Both the position numbers and the translations under genes were made by a program. The notes beneath the pieces were generated by a model. That model did no database searches and had not been told where the DNA came from. It saw nothing but the letters and a program-made list of their open reading frames with translations. Below, piece after piece: positions 1 to 12,509 of a stretch of DNA of 64,000 nt; position 1 is the stretch's first letter; every line of letters begins with the position of its first letter. Location: assembly GCA_002104945.1 (NCBI GenBank), contig MCFH01000094.1, forward strand, positions 1 to 64,000. Direction: 5' to 3'. Origin of the DNA: Piromyces finnis finn (Eukaryota; Fungi; Neocallimastigomycota).

Positions 1-2859
1 GTTGAAATTAAATATATATTCATAATGGTCAATGTTAGCATTATCATTTTTAATATATATAGAACCACCGGCATAAGCATTATTCCCAATAAATTTTACA
101 TTATTAATATCAGTAATATTAAACATTTCAATATCTGAATATATAGCACCACCAAAATTATATGCAACATTATTTTTAAAGAGTGTATTATATATTCTTA
201 TAGAACTGATACTATCCATTGTTGTTCCTTTATTAATATAAAATGCACCACCATCTAAACCATGATTATTCTCAAAATTACTTGATGAAATATTGATGTC
301 TAAGAAATTAACATTATTTATGCACCTAAATAATGTTTAATATAAATTTGTAATTAAATTAAAAATATATCATGTTATTTCACTAATTAATTCCTTTTAT
401 TTTTTTTCATTTAAATATGTATTAAATATATACATGAAACCACCAGATGTTTTAGATTCATTGTTTATAATATTAGAATTATTAATCAATAATTCGGAAT
501 CACCATAAATTGAAACTATTCCACATTTTACTTTATTAATATTTGTATTATCAGTAAAATTTGAATTTTTAATCTTTACAAAAGACTGATAGAATAAGTG
601 CAAATTTAAAAATATTATTAAGAAGTTTTATGAATGAATTTATTTAAAAATTATTAAATAACTAACCTTTAAAGCAATATCGTTTATTACAGAACCATAA
701 GAGAAAATATTTTTAATTGTAGTATGAGAAATTTCTATTTGAACATCGTTACCAGCTATTTTAATTAAATCACTATTGGATTTACAATTATTTATTGAAA
801 GATCATTAAATATGTATTTATTCTTTCTTTCTACGGAATCAATTTTAATTAATGAAGAAGCATTAGCGTCACCATAACAAATAATATTATTAAATGTACA
901 GGAATCAAATGTCAATGGTTGAGAATAAACTTCAATAACATTTATTGAATTTGATTCAATATTTTCAAAAATTGTATTTTTAAAATGTAATTCTGCTTGT
1001 TCATTGAATAATTTATTATTAATTGAACTTTTTTAAAATAATAATTTTACATATAAATAATTTTAAAAGTTAATAATAGCGTTTCTTATCCAAAATTAAG
1101 TTATATTATTGTACATTCAGAATTAGAAAATATATATCCAATAGTAAATATTACCTAATATTAGATATTTTTGAGTTTTCAAAGTATAAATAAGAATTAT
1201 AAAGGTTGTAAATAATAGGATTTGAGAAGGAAGTAATATTATGAAAATAAGAATTTATAGTTCTAATATTAATATCAGACCCATTTAATAATGTTGATAT
1301 ATCTATAAGTTTGTTATAAAATAAAAAATAAATTAGATATTATGGTAAATGAATTAAATATTTATCATCATAAAATTTTTAAAATTATAATAATAACTAT
1401 TGAATTCAGAATCTTTAATGATAGCATTAGGATTAGTAGTTAATGTTGAATAAATTAGCATTAACATGTTAGCATTGGTGTGTAAATTAAAAAAATAAGA
1501 ATTTTCAATCCTTAATTTAAAATGAAATTAATATGACATAACAAAAAAAAAAAAAAAAAAGAATTATGATATCAATTATTGAATAATATTATAATATAGA
1601 AAATTAGATATTAATTGAATATATTGTAAATATTTAAAAATAATAATAATAAAATTACATTAATATTTAATAATAATATTAAATTTATTACATTAAATAT
1701 GATTTATATAATTCAAAAAAAGGTATATTATTATCTAGAATTATATTGGTAATTTTTGAATTTTTAATTATAACTTTATTATTCTCTGCATCAGATTCAA
1801 AAAGTGAATCCGAATATTCACTTCCTTTTTTTAAATTATTAAAAGTACCTGTATTTATTATTAAAAAATAAAATAAAAATGAATAAGTATTTAAAAAAAT
1901 TATTAATTTAAAACAACCAACCAACCAACCAACCAAACAAAAAAAAAAAAAAAAAAAAAAACAGAAAAACAAAAACAAAACAAAAAAATAATATATATAT
2001 ATATAATTATATTGTTATTATTTCGGTTATTAATTATAAAAAATATACAAACAATTATTAAAAGTTACATCCCCATGTACAAGTTGACCTATTGCATTAA
2101 TATCATCAAATATGCAATTCTCAAAAACAATATGAAAACAATCTAATGAATTATACTTATTATATTGTTGTGTAGTATGATATGCTAAAAATACAATTCC
2201 CGAGTTACTATTATATATATTCGAATAAAAGTTTAATTAATATATTTTTTTTCAATCCTTTTTCTTTCTTTTTTTTTTTTTTTTTTTTTATTATTCTAAT
2301 CATACATAAATTTGGTGTTTCTAAAAATGACTTGGGGTGTTTTTTGGCCTTTTTTTTCACATGATATATGGAAATTATGAATTATACCTTTAACCTTATT
2401 GAAAGTACAGTTGTCAAATTCAATTGTTGAACGATTTTCTTTATCCATGAAATCAAATACAAATAAATTTGAATATTGATTATTATTATTATTGTAGTTA
2501 TAGAAAGTGATATTGCGGAAGACTATTTTTTTATCATAGTCCATTTTTCCAAAGTTAATAAAGAAAGTGCCTGTGTCTCGATCTAGAAAATCTAAAATAG
2601 TACCATTTTTACTTTGAATAATTAAATTATTTTTCATATGAATATCATGATTAATATCAAAATACAATCCGTAATAATCATTATTAAATTCAACTGTTAC
2701 ATTACTTTGATTTAATAAAGTATCAATAATTGATTCAAAATTGGTTTTAATACTTTCAGTTGAGTTATTCACTGATATATTCACCGTAAAACTATTTTCT
2801 ATAAAATAAGATAATAGAATAAGCACCTTTAAAAATAAAAATAATTTTTTATTTCTCAT
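1..2859 (-). CDS. Multi-exon secreted/surface protein with right-handed beta-helix (Pmp-like FxxN...GGA[I/F/L]) repeats; 5' part only, continues past position 1
   Basis: Exon 1 (2859-2306) starts with a hydrophobic signal peptide (MRNKKLFLFLKVLILLSYF) and ends at a GTATGA donor. ORF-track pieces 1688-1978, 640-915 and 397-603 carry exons of the same gene. Near 1-300 the minus strand reads NFENNHGLDGGAF and FKNNVAYNFGGAIY. Internal exon borders only partly resolved. Confidence 0.8.
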
Positions 2860-4368
2860 TTTTATTTAAATTGTTTGTTTAATATGTATTTTAAGCATTG
2901 AGATCCATTTAACTATTTACTAAACAACTTTTTTTTTTTTTTTTTTTTTTAAAAATGATTGTATAATTTGATTTGACTTTAAATAAAATTTATGATTAAT
3001 TACTAAAACTATTTTAATTATATTTTAGATTCTTAAATTTATATAAAGTGAGGGAAATTTATTTTTATGCATATTCATATATTATAAAATATAAACTTTA
3101 TTTTTGTCAAGCTTACTAGTAACTATCAGAATTTAATTAATATAAAATTACAGGAAAAACCATATATATTATATTCATTGTAGAAATAAAAATTTATGTA
3201 TAACTATTTCATATTATTATATCATATCATTTATAAGAAACTAGAATTTTTTTTTTTTTGAAGTCGATATTCTCTTATTCTCTATAGTACCAGATTGTAA
3301 ATTTTAAATTTTAATCTTTGTTTTTACATAAGGAAAAAACAAAAAAATCGGAAATTTTAATTATTAAATTAATTTTATAATATAAAATTAATAAATTTAA
3401 CATTTTATGATAGAAAAAAAATAAAAAAAACAAAAGACTAAACGCTTCAGAAAATATAAACTAGACTAAATATAATTAAAGTAGTAAAATTTAATAATCT
3501 CATCATTTCGTGAAGAACATTTTTTTTTTTTAAAAAAAAATGTATATACTTAAAATAAATGAATATTTGAATATTATAACAGATAGCATATTGCTGATTT
3601 TCTAAAAGTTTTTATAAAATAAATAATTAAAAAAAATATTAATATGACAATTAATCATATTAATAATACATAGCTTTTTATTTTTATTTTTATTTTTTCT
3701 TTTATTTTATCATGTTAAGCATGTTTATATTAGTGTTACCTTTATTAGTGGAAATCATATGTTTTACTAATAATTTAAAAAGTTCAAAAAAGATAATTTT
3801 TTAGGAATACAATGATATCACGTGTTATGTTATTTATAGTTTTAAATAAAAACATTTATTAATGAAAAAATGTGGCTATTAACACATTTTAATATTTAAA
3901 AATCACTTTAAATATTTTATTATATATTAATAATAATACCTTTGATATAATGGCTTTTCATTCTATAGTTAAATTAATATATATTAAAAAATATATAAAT
4001 ATAGTATTATTAGAAACATCATAGACAAATTTTAATATAAATGTAATTAAATAATAAAACACTTTAAATGTATTTCAATGAATATATTGTATATTATATA
4101 TTAAAATATATTAGTTATTAAAAAAAGGAATAATTCATTAGGATTTAAAACTTTAAAAATATATTTTTTATAATTTAAAAAATTTAAACTTTTTTTTTGT
4201 CATACCTTCATAATAAATAAATATAAATTAATGTAGGATGATTATTAATAGATATAAAAAATTATTATAGAGTGTGAATGAACTTTATTTTCAATTAACT
4301 TTTTTTTTTTTTAATTCTTATTATTTTTTAAATGACTTATTAAAACAAAAAAAAAAAAAAGAATTAGA

Positions 4369-4500
4369 AAAATAAAATAAAATAAAATAAAATAAAATAA
4401 AATAAAATAAAATAAAATAAAATAAAATAAAATAAAATAAAATAAAATAAAATAAAATAAAATAAAATAAAATAAAATAAAATAAAATAAAATAAAATAA
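4369..4500. repeat. (AAAAT)n pentanucleotide tandem repeat
   Basis: About 26 consecutive AAAAT units; explains the spurious FYFIL ORF at 4321-4530. Confidence 0.95.
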
Positions 4501-5034
4501 TAATAATAATAATAAAAATAATAAAAACATTTAATAATATTTATATTACCTATAAAAAAAAACTAAATAATAATTTTTATTATTATAAAAATGTTTGAAT
4601 AATTTTCTTTTTCTCTGTTTTTTTATTATTTTTTTATTAAAAAAATAAAGAAAAGGAAATCAATTATCAAATTAATAAATTTATAAATCAAATATCTTCG
4701 AAATAAAATAAATCTATTTAATAATACTAATAAATAATTTCTAAAAATATAAAAATAACATAACAATAACAACAACAATAATAAAAAAAGATAAATAACG
4801 TTTATACCAATATAAATATATATATTTCTCATAGTTTCTCATAAATATTTTTCGTATAAAAATATCCAAAAAAAAAAAAAAAATATTAAATACCCATCAT
4901 TACTTTTGTTAGTATTAAAATATCAATTAATAAGAAGTTAACATAAAATAAATACATTTAAAATTCTAATATAAGTATTTTAATAAAAGTATAAAAAAAA
5001 AAAATTTTTTTTCTAGTTTTTTTTAGAATATAAA

Positions 5035-5924
5035 ATGTGGAACAATATATTTTTAATATCCATTAGTTTTTTATATAATATAGTGTCTGTTAAAGCAGAA
5101 CCAGAAGATTCAAATATTTTATATGCTACTACAAGTATAATAACATGCATCATATATGCTATAATAATATTTCTAATAAAAGAGTTTATGATTCTATTAA
5201 ATCATCATTCAAGTAAAAATAATATAGATTTTCGTTCAGATTCAATAACTTCATCAGATATCTCAACTTCTTCGCTTATAAGAAAATATGAAAGTATAAA
5301 AGACATTGAACCAACAGTTCCACCAAATTTAAAAGCCTATATTAGCCAGCAACAGTGGTTAGATCAAATCGAAATTATAAAATATAATAATAAACATTAT
5401 AATTCTTTTTTTTCGTTTCATCCATTATTTTTTCCTGTTGTAAGTGGAATTGTAAAATTTGCTCAATACATCATTAATGATTGTGCTTGGAAATCCTATT
5501 TAAATGAAAAAGTAGTAAATAATGCAAATATTGCAGAACTTCAAAACATACAAGAGCAATACAGTAAAAATGTTGGTGAAAATGTTATAAATAAATTATG
5601 TTTAATATTGGTAATGGAAGATATTGTTTGTTTTATAATGTATTATTGGTTTTCAAAATACATGGTTAAAAAGAATCATGCTTCATTCACATCACGTTTT
5701 ATTCAATCTAATGAAAAATTAAAAAATGAAGATATACCAATTGTGTGGGTTTTAGATTGGGAGCCACCAGAGTATAATCTTTTTGGGTTTGTTGTAAGTT
5801 TTTATAATAAAATTGAATGCATTGTTAAAAATTGATTTTAATTAATAATTTTTTTATATTATAGGAAAAATGTTTTATCGAACTTCATCTTGTTGATAAT
5901 GAAAATATAATAATAATAAAATAA
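5035..5924 (+). CDS. Two-exon membrane protein with signal peptide/TM segments; C-terminal part resembles Erf4/Golgin-A7-like domain
   Basis: 266-aa ORF. GTAAGT donor at 5794 in phase 0 and TATAG acceptor ending at 5864 add exon EKCFIELHLVDNENIIIIK* (5865-5924). Segments VPPNLKAYISQQQWLDQIEII and FIQSNEKLKNEDIPIVWVLDW resemble the Erf4 pattern by eye only. Confidence 0.65.
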
Positions 5925-6774
5925 GTAGAAATCAATAATCAATCTATTTGTACATAATAATCATATAAAGGACATCAGTTTTATATTAGTAGTTTTTTTT
6001 TTTAAAAAATGGGTAAAATAGTTAATTTAGTAACTAATTTATATCAATCGTATCACGAAATCAAGAAATATCATTGAGAAATATATATATATATATATTT
6101 ATATAATTTTCTGATGACATTTAAATAATAATAAATTAAAATATAAAATAAATCACAAAAACCACATACGCCATAAGCCATTAAAGAATAAATAATAGAA
6201 TAAAATTCTTTTGTATTACCAGCTCTGTCATTTGAAAAGAATTCCGTTTTATATTTCTATTTTATTATATTATATAAAGACTGTAGAAATAGTAATTACA
6301 GATTGATACATCAAATAATTTCGATATTTTCTATTAATCTAAGCGCATAGTATTCATTTGTATTTTTCCCATAAATTTTTTCTTTATAGAGAAAATGATT
6401 ATTTTATTATTTTTAATTTTTAAAAAAAATAAATAATAATAAATATTATATAAATTAAAAAATTTAAATAAATTAACCGCCGGTAACATAATATCATAAT
6501 ATTTTTAAAATGAATTATTATTTTATTGATTTAATATATTATGAAAATAAAAATAAAGATGAGAAAGGTTATAATTGAAATTAGAATAGAAAGGATATAA
6601 ATGAAAATGAAATAATAATAATAATAAAATAGATACAATATATAATTTCTTTTTTTATTCTACTTTATTTTATTTGCTTGTATGTTTTAATAAACTTTTG
6701 CTTTATATTCAGTTCCAAAATTTTTAAAAAGATATTAATATTAAAGTTTTAGTTTTATTATTATTATTTATTAT

Positions 6775-7049
6775 TGTTAGAAATATTGAAAAACAAAGAA
6801 ATATTTCTTTTTGAATATATATAATGAATTTAAATTAAATTAAGATCGTTGTTAAAATATATTAAAGTATATTTTTACATCTCATTGTATTATTTTGACA
6901 TGTATTATTAACAAGCCACAATTAGTATAAATATGATTGTAATTTTCCATTTTTGTAATACTTTGTAATTACCAAAATATAAAATATATTTTATTATTAA
7001 ATAAAGTTTATTATTAAAAAACATATTATAAAACGTTTTGTAATTAATA
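6775..7049 (+). repeat. 5' LTR of copia element (TG...TA)
   Basis: Direct repeat of 11694-11968; starts TGTTAG, ends TAATTAATA. Confidence 0.95.
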
Positions 7050-7063
7050 GATTAAGAGTCTCA
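7050..7063 (+). promoter_or_regulatory. Primer-binding site complementary to anticodon arm of tRNA-Lys(CUU) (half-tRNA type)
   Basis: GATTAAGAGTCTCA directly abuts the LTR. Its reverse complement TGAGACTCTTAATC is anticodon stem 5' strand + CTCTTAA loop + start of the 3' strand of typical eukaryotic tRNA-Lys(CUU). Confidence 0.75.
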
Positions 7064-7080
7064 GACTGACAAAAAACAAA

Positions 7081-10000
7081 ATGAATGCTGCTAATTATTT
7101 TTACTCAGATGAACGTCTTGACAAATCCAATTTTGACTGCTGGTATCCAACTGTTGAATCTGTTTTAAAATCAAAAGGACTTCTAAAATACATTGAAAAT
7201 GACATCATTTCAGACGCTCAAAATAAAGTCAAAGCTGGAGCTATGCGAAGCGAGGAATTAGAAAAACTGGAAGAGGAAGATTCTAAAGTTAAAGTATTTC
7301 TCTTGATGAGTACTACTTTAGAAGTAAAAGGGAAAATCAGAAAAGAAAGAACATCTTATGAAATTATAACAAAAATCAAAGAATTATATGACCCCAAAAG
7401 AAAAAAAAATGTCACTCAATATCTTCGTGAGTTAAATACATTAAATGCAAAAAATCTGGATGTAAGTCTTGATATAATTGACAAGATAATTGAAATCTTT
7501 AATATACTCGACGAAAAGAATTATAAGTTGGGTAATTTGGAAAAAACGAAGTATATATATGCCGCATTGCCTATTGAAGTTCAATCAAGATTAACCCTTG
7601 ACCCAGATATTGAACCAAATAAGTTTATTGAAGAAGCCAAGAAAATCGTTAATGTTTTACAATATTATTTAGGAAAAACATCAAAAAATGAAAATAAACC
7701 TAAGAATATCGATGATTTAATGGATATTGATTATGTAACCAAATTTAGACCAACTAAGCCACTCGATAATAAAATTAAAAGAGAAGAAAATTATTGCTAT
7801 ATATGTGAAATGAAAGGACATAGTACTAATAAATGTGGATTTAATATAAAAGTACGTGAAGAAAGAAGAAGAAACAGATCTAAAAATAAAAAACATTATA
7901 ATAAATGGAACAAAAAAGGAAAACACATTGGAAATGTTGAAAGAACCAATAATCACTTACATGAAGATATTGATAATGATAATATTTGCTTTGATGAACT
8001 CCAACCATTATTTGAAAAACATGTTGATCATATTGAGGTATGTTCAATAAAAGAAAAATGCATTGATAAAACAAACAAGACTTCAACTAGCCAAACAGAA
8101 AATAATAAATTTTACAAAAATATAAATAGCATAGATAATGCTTGCAACAATGAAGTATTGTGGACATATGACACAGGATGTTCAGAACACATAACAAATA
8201 ACAAAAATATTTTACAAAATTTTCGCCTTGAAAATATACATATGAAATGTGCCAACAATACTACATGTGAATTCAAAGGTATTGGTACATTTATTGGTAA
8301 AATAAACAACGAAACAATCCGTTTAGATAACGTATACTATTCAGACAAAATTAACAAAAACCTAATTAGTGGTATCAAACTAACACAAACAGGATATCCA
8401 TGTGAAATCGATTATATAAATAATAAAACAACATTAATTCTTAAGAAATATAACAATAACAAAAAATGTAAACAAGAAATTGGAAGATATATAGCTGACC
8501 CTTCCAACATCATTAAGATACCAATAAACGTTTTAAAATCTTCAATTTCTAATGTATCTACTAATAAAAATGAACTAGACGAATACAGTAATCGTCTTTG
8601 GCATAAACGCCTTGGACATTTCTACCAAGACAATCTTACAAATTACTTAAGCCTTCACAATATTAAAAAACCAGATTGTCTACAATGTAAAATTTCAAAA
8701 CTTAAAAGATTACCTCACAAAGGTAAAACACCTGTTGCATCAAGAATCCTTGAAACAATACACTCCGATGTGATGGGACCAATGAATCTTATTTCTAGTA
8801 CAGGTAAAAGATTCATTTTAACTTTTATTGATGAATTTTCTAGAAAATCATGGGTATATTTACTAAATAATAAAAAGGAAGTTGCTAAAAATGTTATAGA
8901 ATTTATAAAATATATTACAAACAAATATGATCTCAAAGTTAAGTACTTTAAGACTGACAATGGAAAGGAATACATGAACAAAAAGATTATTAATTTCTGC
9001 TCAAGAAATGGTATTAGTAAGGTTTACTCGCCACCATATACTCCTGAAATTAATGGAAAAGCAGAAAGGTTTAACCAAACGTTAGTCAATTGTGCTAAAA
9101 CTCTTTTAGCTTCTAGTAGATTAGACACAAGATTCTGGGATTATGCTATCAACTATGGAAATTTCTTATATAATATTAACCCTCATAAAGGTATTGGAAA
9201 TTCTATCCCTAATGAAGTATTTTTTAACAAGAAAGTTGACCTAAAATATGTAAAAACATTTGGATGTATAGCATACTATAAGGATTATTCACAAAACAAA
9301 GGAAAATTTGATAACAACTGTAAAGAAGGTATTTTTTTAGGACTTAGTTTTAAACATGACTGTTACATTATAATGGATTATCAAGATTATAAATTACACC
9401 TTGTCCGTGAAGCCGTATTTGAAGAAGATAAACCATCCAATTTCAATTTATCGAAAAGAAACCTAGATGATAATTTTAAACTACCCTCAGATGATAGATT
9501 TTCAAATGACACTGATGAAAAAATACAAAATGCAAACAATAATCATATTAATTTTACAGATATCAATTTTCAAAATACTTATGAAAATTTAGATAATAAT
9601 GATATTATATCAACTCATAAAAATGTCAATAATACTAATGATGAGATAAATGATAGTACACACTCTTTCGATGAAGACTCAGAAATTATTAGTATAACAA
9701 CTGATAATAATATACAAGATAATAGCAATAATACAACTATTAATGAAGTTGCTATTGAAAACAATAATAGAATCAACAATACAAACACTTGTTCCAAACA
9801 AAGTTATACAATGGAAGATGTCATAGAACTTTTAGATAATTTCAAAATTTCACCAGAAAATGATTATTCTTTTAATCCAAAAAACGCTAATATAGATAAA
9901 ACAAAATTAAAAAGAAGACCCAGTTTTAATGATATATCTTACAACAAAAAGAAGAAAATATATCAAGAATATTTTAATTCAATAGCAAAAAGAAAATTAG

Positions 10001-11679
10001 ATGACAACGACTATAAAATAAGTAATAAGAAATATAAAATTAATGAAATAATTAACAATTTACCTGTTAAAAGACCTGGATGTAAAATAGATAATAATAA
10101 TGTTAAACGTGCTACAAACATTAATTATGATAGGGAAATTGCAAATATAAACATGGATTCTCCACTAACATTTAATGATGCTATAACAAGCAAATATAAA
10201 AATAAATGGATAGAAGCAATTAAAAATGAATTAAAAAATTTATACGATAACAATATTATGAATTTAGTTTCAAAATTACCTGAAAATAAAAATCCAATTA
10301 AAACAAAATGGGTTTTCACAATAAAACGTGACAGTAATAATGATATTGTAAAATTCAAAGCAAGATTAGTAGCAAAAGGATATAGTCAAATAAGAGGAAT
10401 TGACTATGAATTAACATTTTCTCCTACTCTTAGCATCGATAGTATTAAACTTATTATTTCATTATCAGCAAAATTTCATTGGAAAATATTTCAACTTGAT
10501 ATTAAAGCTGCTTACCTTAATGCAAAATTAGATAAGGACATATATGTTACAATCCCACAAGGAGACAAAAATTATGGAAAAGGATACTGGAAATTAAACA
10601 AAGCTTTATATGGCTTAAAACAGTCTGGACGTCAATGGAACGAAACAATTACTTTATTTCTTAAAAATAATGGTTTCAAACAACTGATTTCTGAACAATG
10701 CATTTTCAAAAGAGAACGAAATGGTATTACAACATGCATTATAGGTATATATGTTGATGATATGATCATCACTGGGAAAACGTTTGAAATTGAAAAAACT
10801 ATTAAACTGATAAAAAACAATTTTAAAATATCAAATTGTGAAAAAATAAATTATTTACTTGGAATAAAAATAGAAAATAATGGTTTTAAATATTCAATAT
10901 CACAAACAAATTATATTGAAAACATTTTATCTAAATATAATATTAAAAATACTCGTAAAGCAAAAACACCATGCACAGGAGATAATATAAACGAAAATAA
11001 AACACCATTCGAAAAAACCACATACAAAAGTGTTTTAGGTTCTTTGATTTATTTATCAAAATGTAGCCGCCCAGATATTGCCTATGCAGTAAATAAAGCA
11101 GCCAGAAATGCGGAAAATCCAACAATATCTGATTGGCATAAGGTAATGAATATCTTAAAATATTTAAATTATACTAAAAATTATAAAATCGAATATTCAG
11201 GAACAGGGGAAATTTTAGCTTATTCAGACTCAGACTTAGGAGGTGACCCAAAAGATAAAAAATCAACATCAGGTCACATAATTTTGATGGGAAATGATCC
11301 AATATGTTGGTCCTCAAGAAAACAATCTACAGTAGCTACTTCATCAATGGAGGCTGAATATATAAGCACAACGGAATGCTCAAAAAAGGTATTATGGATA
11401 AGAAGCATATTACAAGAACTATTCAATTTTAAAAAACCAATAAAAATCTTTACAGACAATTTATCAAGTAAAACTTCTATTGAAAATGGACAATTAAACT
11501 CAAAATTAAAACATATAAATATAAAATTTTATTTCAATCAAGACCACATTAAAAATAAAAGAATAATTTTAGAATACATCAATACAGAAGACATGTTGGC
11601 TGATGTTCTAACTAAAAATGTTAATGGACCAAAAATGAAGAAATTCTCAAACATAATTTTCAAACATGCAGAAAATTAA
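7081..11679 (+). CDS. Copia Gag-Pol polyprotein (gag-PR-IN-RT-RH)
   Basis: Zinc knuckle CYICEMKGHSTNKC, protease YDTGCSEHIT, LWHKRLGH...CLQC, integrase HSD/TDNGKEY/NGKAER, RT YVDD, RNase H YSDSD; integrase precedes RT. Confidence 0.97.
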   Translation: MNAANYFYSDERLDKSNFDCWYPTVESVLKSKGLLKYIENDIISDAQNKVKAGAMRSEELEKLEEEDSKVKVFLLMSTTLEVKGKIRKERTSYEIITKIKELYDPKRKKNVTQYLRELNTLNAKNLDVSLDIIDKIIEIFNILDEKNYKLGNLEKTKYIYAALPIEVQSRLTLDPDIEPNKFIEEAKKIVNVLQYYLGKTSKNENKPKNIDDLMDIDYVTKFRPTKPLDNKIKREENYCYICEMKGHSTNKCGFNIKVREERRRNRSKNKKHYNKWNKKGKHIGNVERTNNHLHEDIDNDNICFDELQPLFEKHVDHIEVCSIKEKCIDKTNKTSTSQTENNKFYKNINSIDNACNNEVLWTYDTGCSEHITNNKNILQNFRLENIHMKCANNTTCEFKGIGTFIGKINNETIRLDNVYYSDKINKNLISGIKLTQTGYPCEIDYINNKTTLILKKYNNNKKCKQEIGRYIADPSNIIKIPINVLKSSISNVSTNKNELDEYSNRLWHKRLGHFYQDNLTNYLSLHNIKKPDCLQCKISKLKRLPHKGKTPVASRILETIHSDVMGPMNLISSTGKRFILTFIDEFSRKSWVYLLNNKKEVAKNVIEFIKYITNKYDLKVKYFKTDNGKEYMNKKIINFCSRNGISKVYSPPYTPEINGKAERFNQTLVNCAKTLLASSRLDTRFWDYAINYGNFLYNINPHKGIGNSIPNEVFFNKKVDLKYVKTFGCIAYYKDYSQNKGKFDNNCKEGIFLGLSFKHDCYIIMDYQDYKLHLVREAVFEEDKPSNFNLSKRNLDDNFKLPSDDRFSNDTDEKIQNANNNHINFTDINFQNTYENLDNNDIISTHKNVNNTNDEINDSTHSFDEDSEIISITTDNNIQDNSNNTTINEVAIENNNRINNTNTCSKQSYTMEDVIELLDNFKISPENDYSFNPKNANIDKTKLKRRPSFNDISYNKKKKIYQEYFNSIAKRKLDDNDYKISNKKYKINEIINNLPVKRPGCKIDNNNVKRATNINYDREIANINMDSPLTFNDAITSKYKNKWIEAIKNELKNLYDNNIMNLVSKLPENKNPIKTKWVFTIKRDSNNDIVKFKARLVAKGYSQIRGIDYELTFSPTLSIDSIKLIISLSAKFHWKIFQLDIKAAYLNAKLDKDIYVTIPQGDKNYGKGYWKLNKALYGLKQSGRQWNETITLFLKNNGFKQLISEQCIFKRERNGITTCIIGIYVDDMIITGKTFEIEKTIKLIKNNFKISNCEKINYLLGIKIENNGFKYSISQTNYIENILSKYNIKNTRKAKTPCTGDNINENKTPFEKTTYKSVLGSLIYLSKCSRPDIAYAVNKAARNAENPTISDWHKVMNILKYLNYTKNYKIEYSGTGEILAYSDSDLGGDPKDKKSTSGHIILMGNDPICWSSRKQSTVATSSMEAEYISTTECSKKVLWIRSILQELFNFKKPIKIFTDNLSSKTSIENGQLNSKLKHINIKFYFNQDHIKNKRIILEYINTEDMLADVLTKNVNGPKMKKFSNIIFKHAEN

Positions 11680-11693
11680 GTTTGACAGGGGAA

Positions 11694-11968
11694 TGTTAGA
11701 AATATTGAAAAACAAAGAAATATTTCTTTTTGAATATATATAATGAATTTAAATTAAATTAAGATCGTTGTTAAAATATATTAAAGTATATTTTTACATC
11801 TCATTGTATTATTTTGACATGTATTATTAACAAGCCACAATTAGTATAAATATGATTGTAATTTTCCATTTTTGTAATACTTTGTAATTACCAAAATATA
11901 AAATATATTTTATTATTAAATAAAGTTTATTATTAAAAAACATATTATAAAACGTTTTGTAATTAATA
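11694..11968 (+). repeat. 3' LTR of copia element
   Basis: Direct repeat of 6775-7049, followed by TSD ATTAT. Confidence 0.95.
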
Positions 11969-12125
11969 ATTATTATTATTATTTTTTTTTTTGGTATCAC
12001 AAGAACTTTAAATAGATATATTAAATATATTTAATTATATAAATCAATAGAATTTTTTTTTTTAAAGATTAATTAAAATAAAAAAAAAAAAAAAAAGAAA
12101 AAAATTTTTTAATAACTAAAAGAAA

Positions 12126-12460
12126 ATGAATAATCTAAGTATGACATCTATAAATAAGCAAAATTGTTATTAATATTTAAATAAAAAATGGTTTATTAAT
12201 AAGTTTATATAATAATTCAATAGATATATTTGATGCTTATTCATTGGCTTTACAAGAAGATAAAAATTCAATCTATAGTAAAATTGGAATTAATGGTATA
12301 TTAAAAAAAAAATACATTTCCGAAATTTCTACTTTTCATTTTTTATATAGAAATTAATAATTATTCTAAAAATAGAAATTAAAAATATAAACTATATATA
12401 TTTTATGATATAAATATTTAATGTATATTAAATAATAAATGGTAATTCATATAAATTTGT

Positions 12461-12509
<49 letters not shown>

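Larger units (their letters stand above)
6775..11968 (+). mobile_element. Intact, recent Ty1/copia LTR retrotransposon
   Basis: Two 275-bp LTRs with no difference seen by eye, 5-bp TSD ATTAT (6770-6774 and 11969-11973), single uninterrupted gag-pol ORF, short PPT AGGGGAA (11687-11693). Confidence 0.97.

Noticed and set aside
4321-4832. Hydrophobic F/I/L/Y-rich ORFs here and at 20861, 30787, 31035, 59204
   Set aside because: Translations of microsatellites and poly(T)/AT-rich intergenic DNA.
7717-11459. Short antisense and alternate-frame ORFs within the copia ORF (similar ones occur inside elements A, B, D and the ankyrin gene)
   Set aside because: Shadows of long AT-rich coding frames; no motifs or independent signals.
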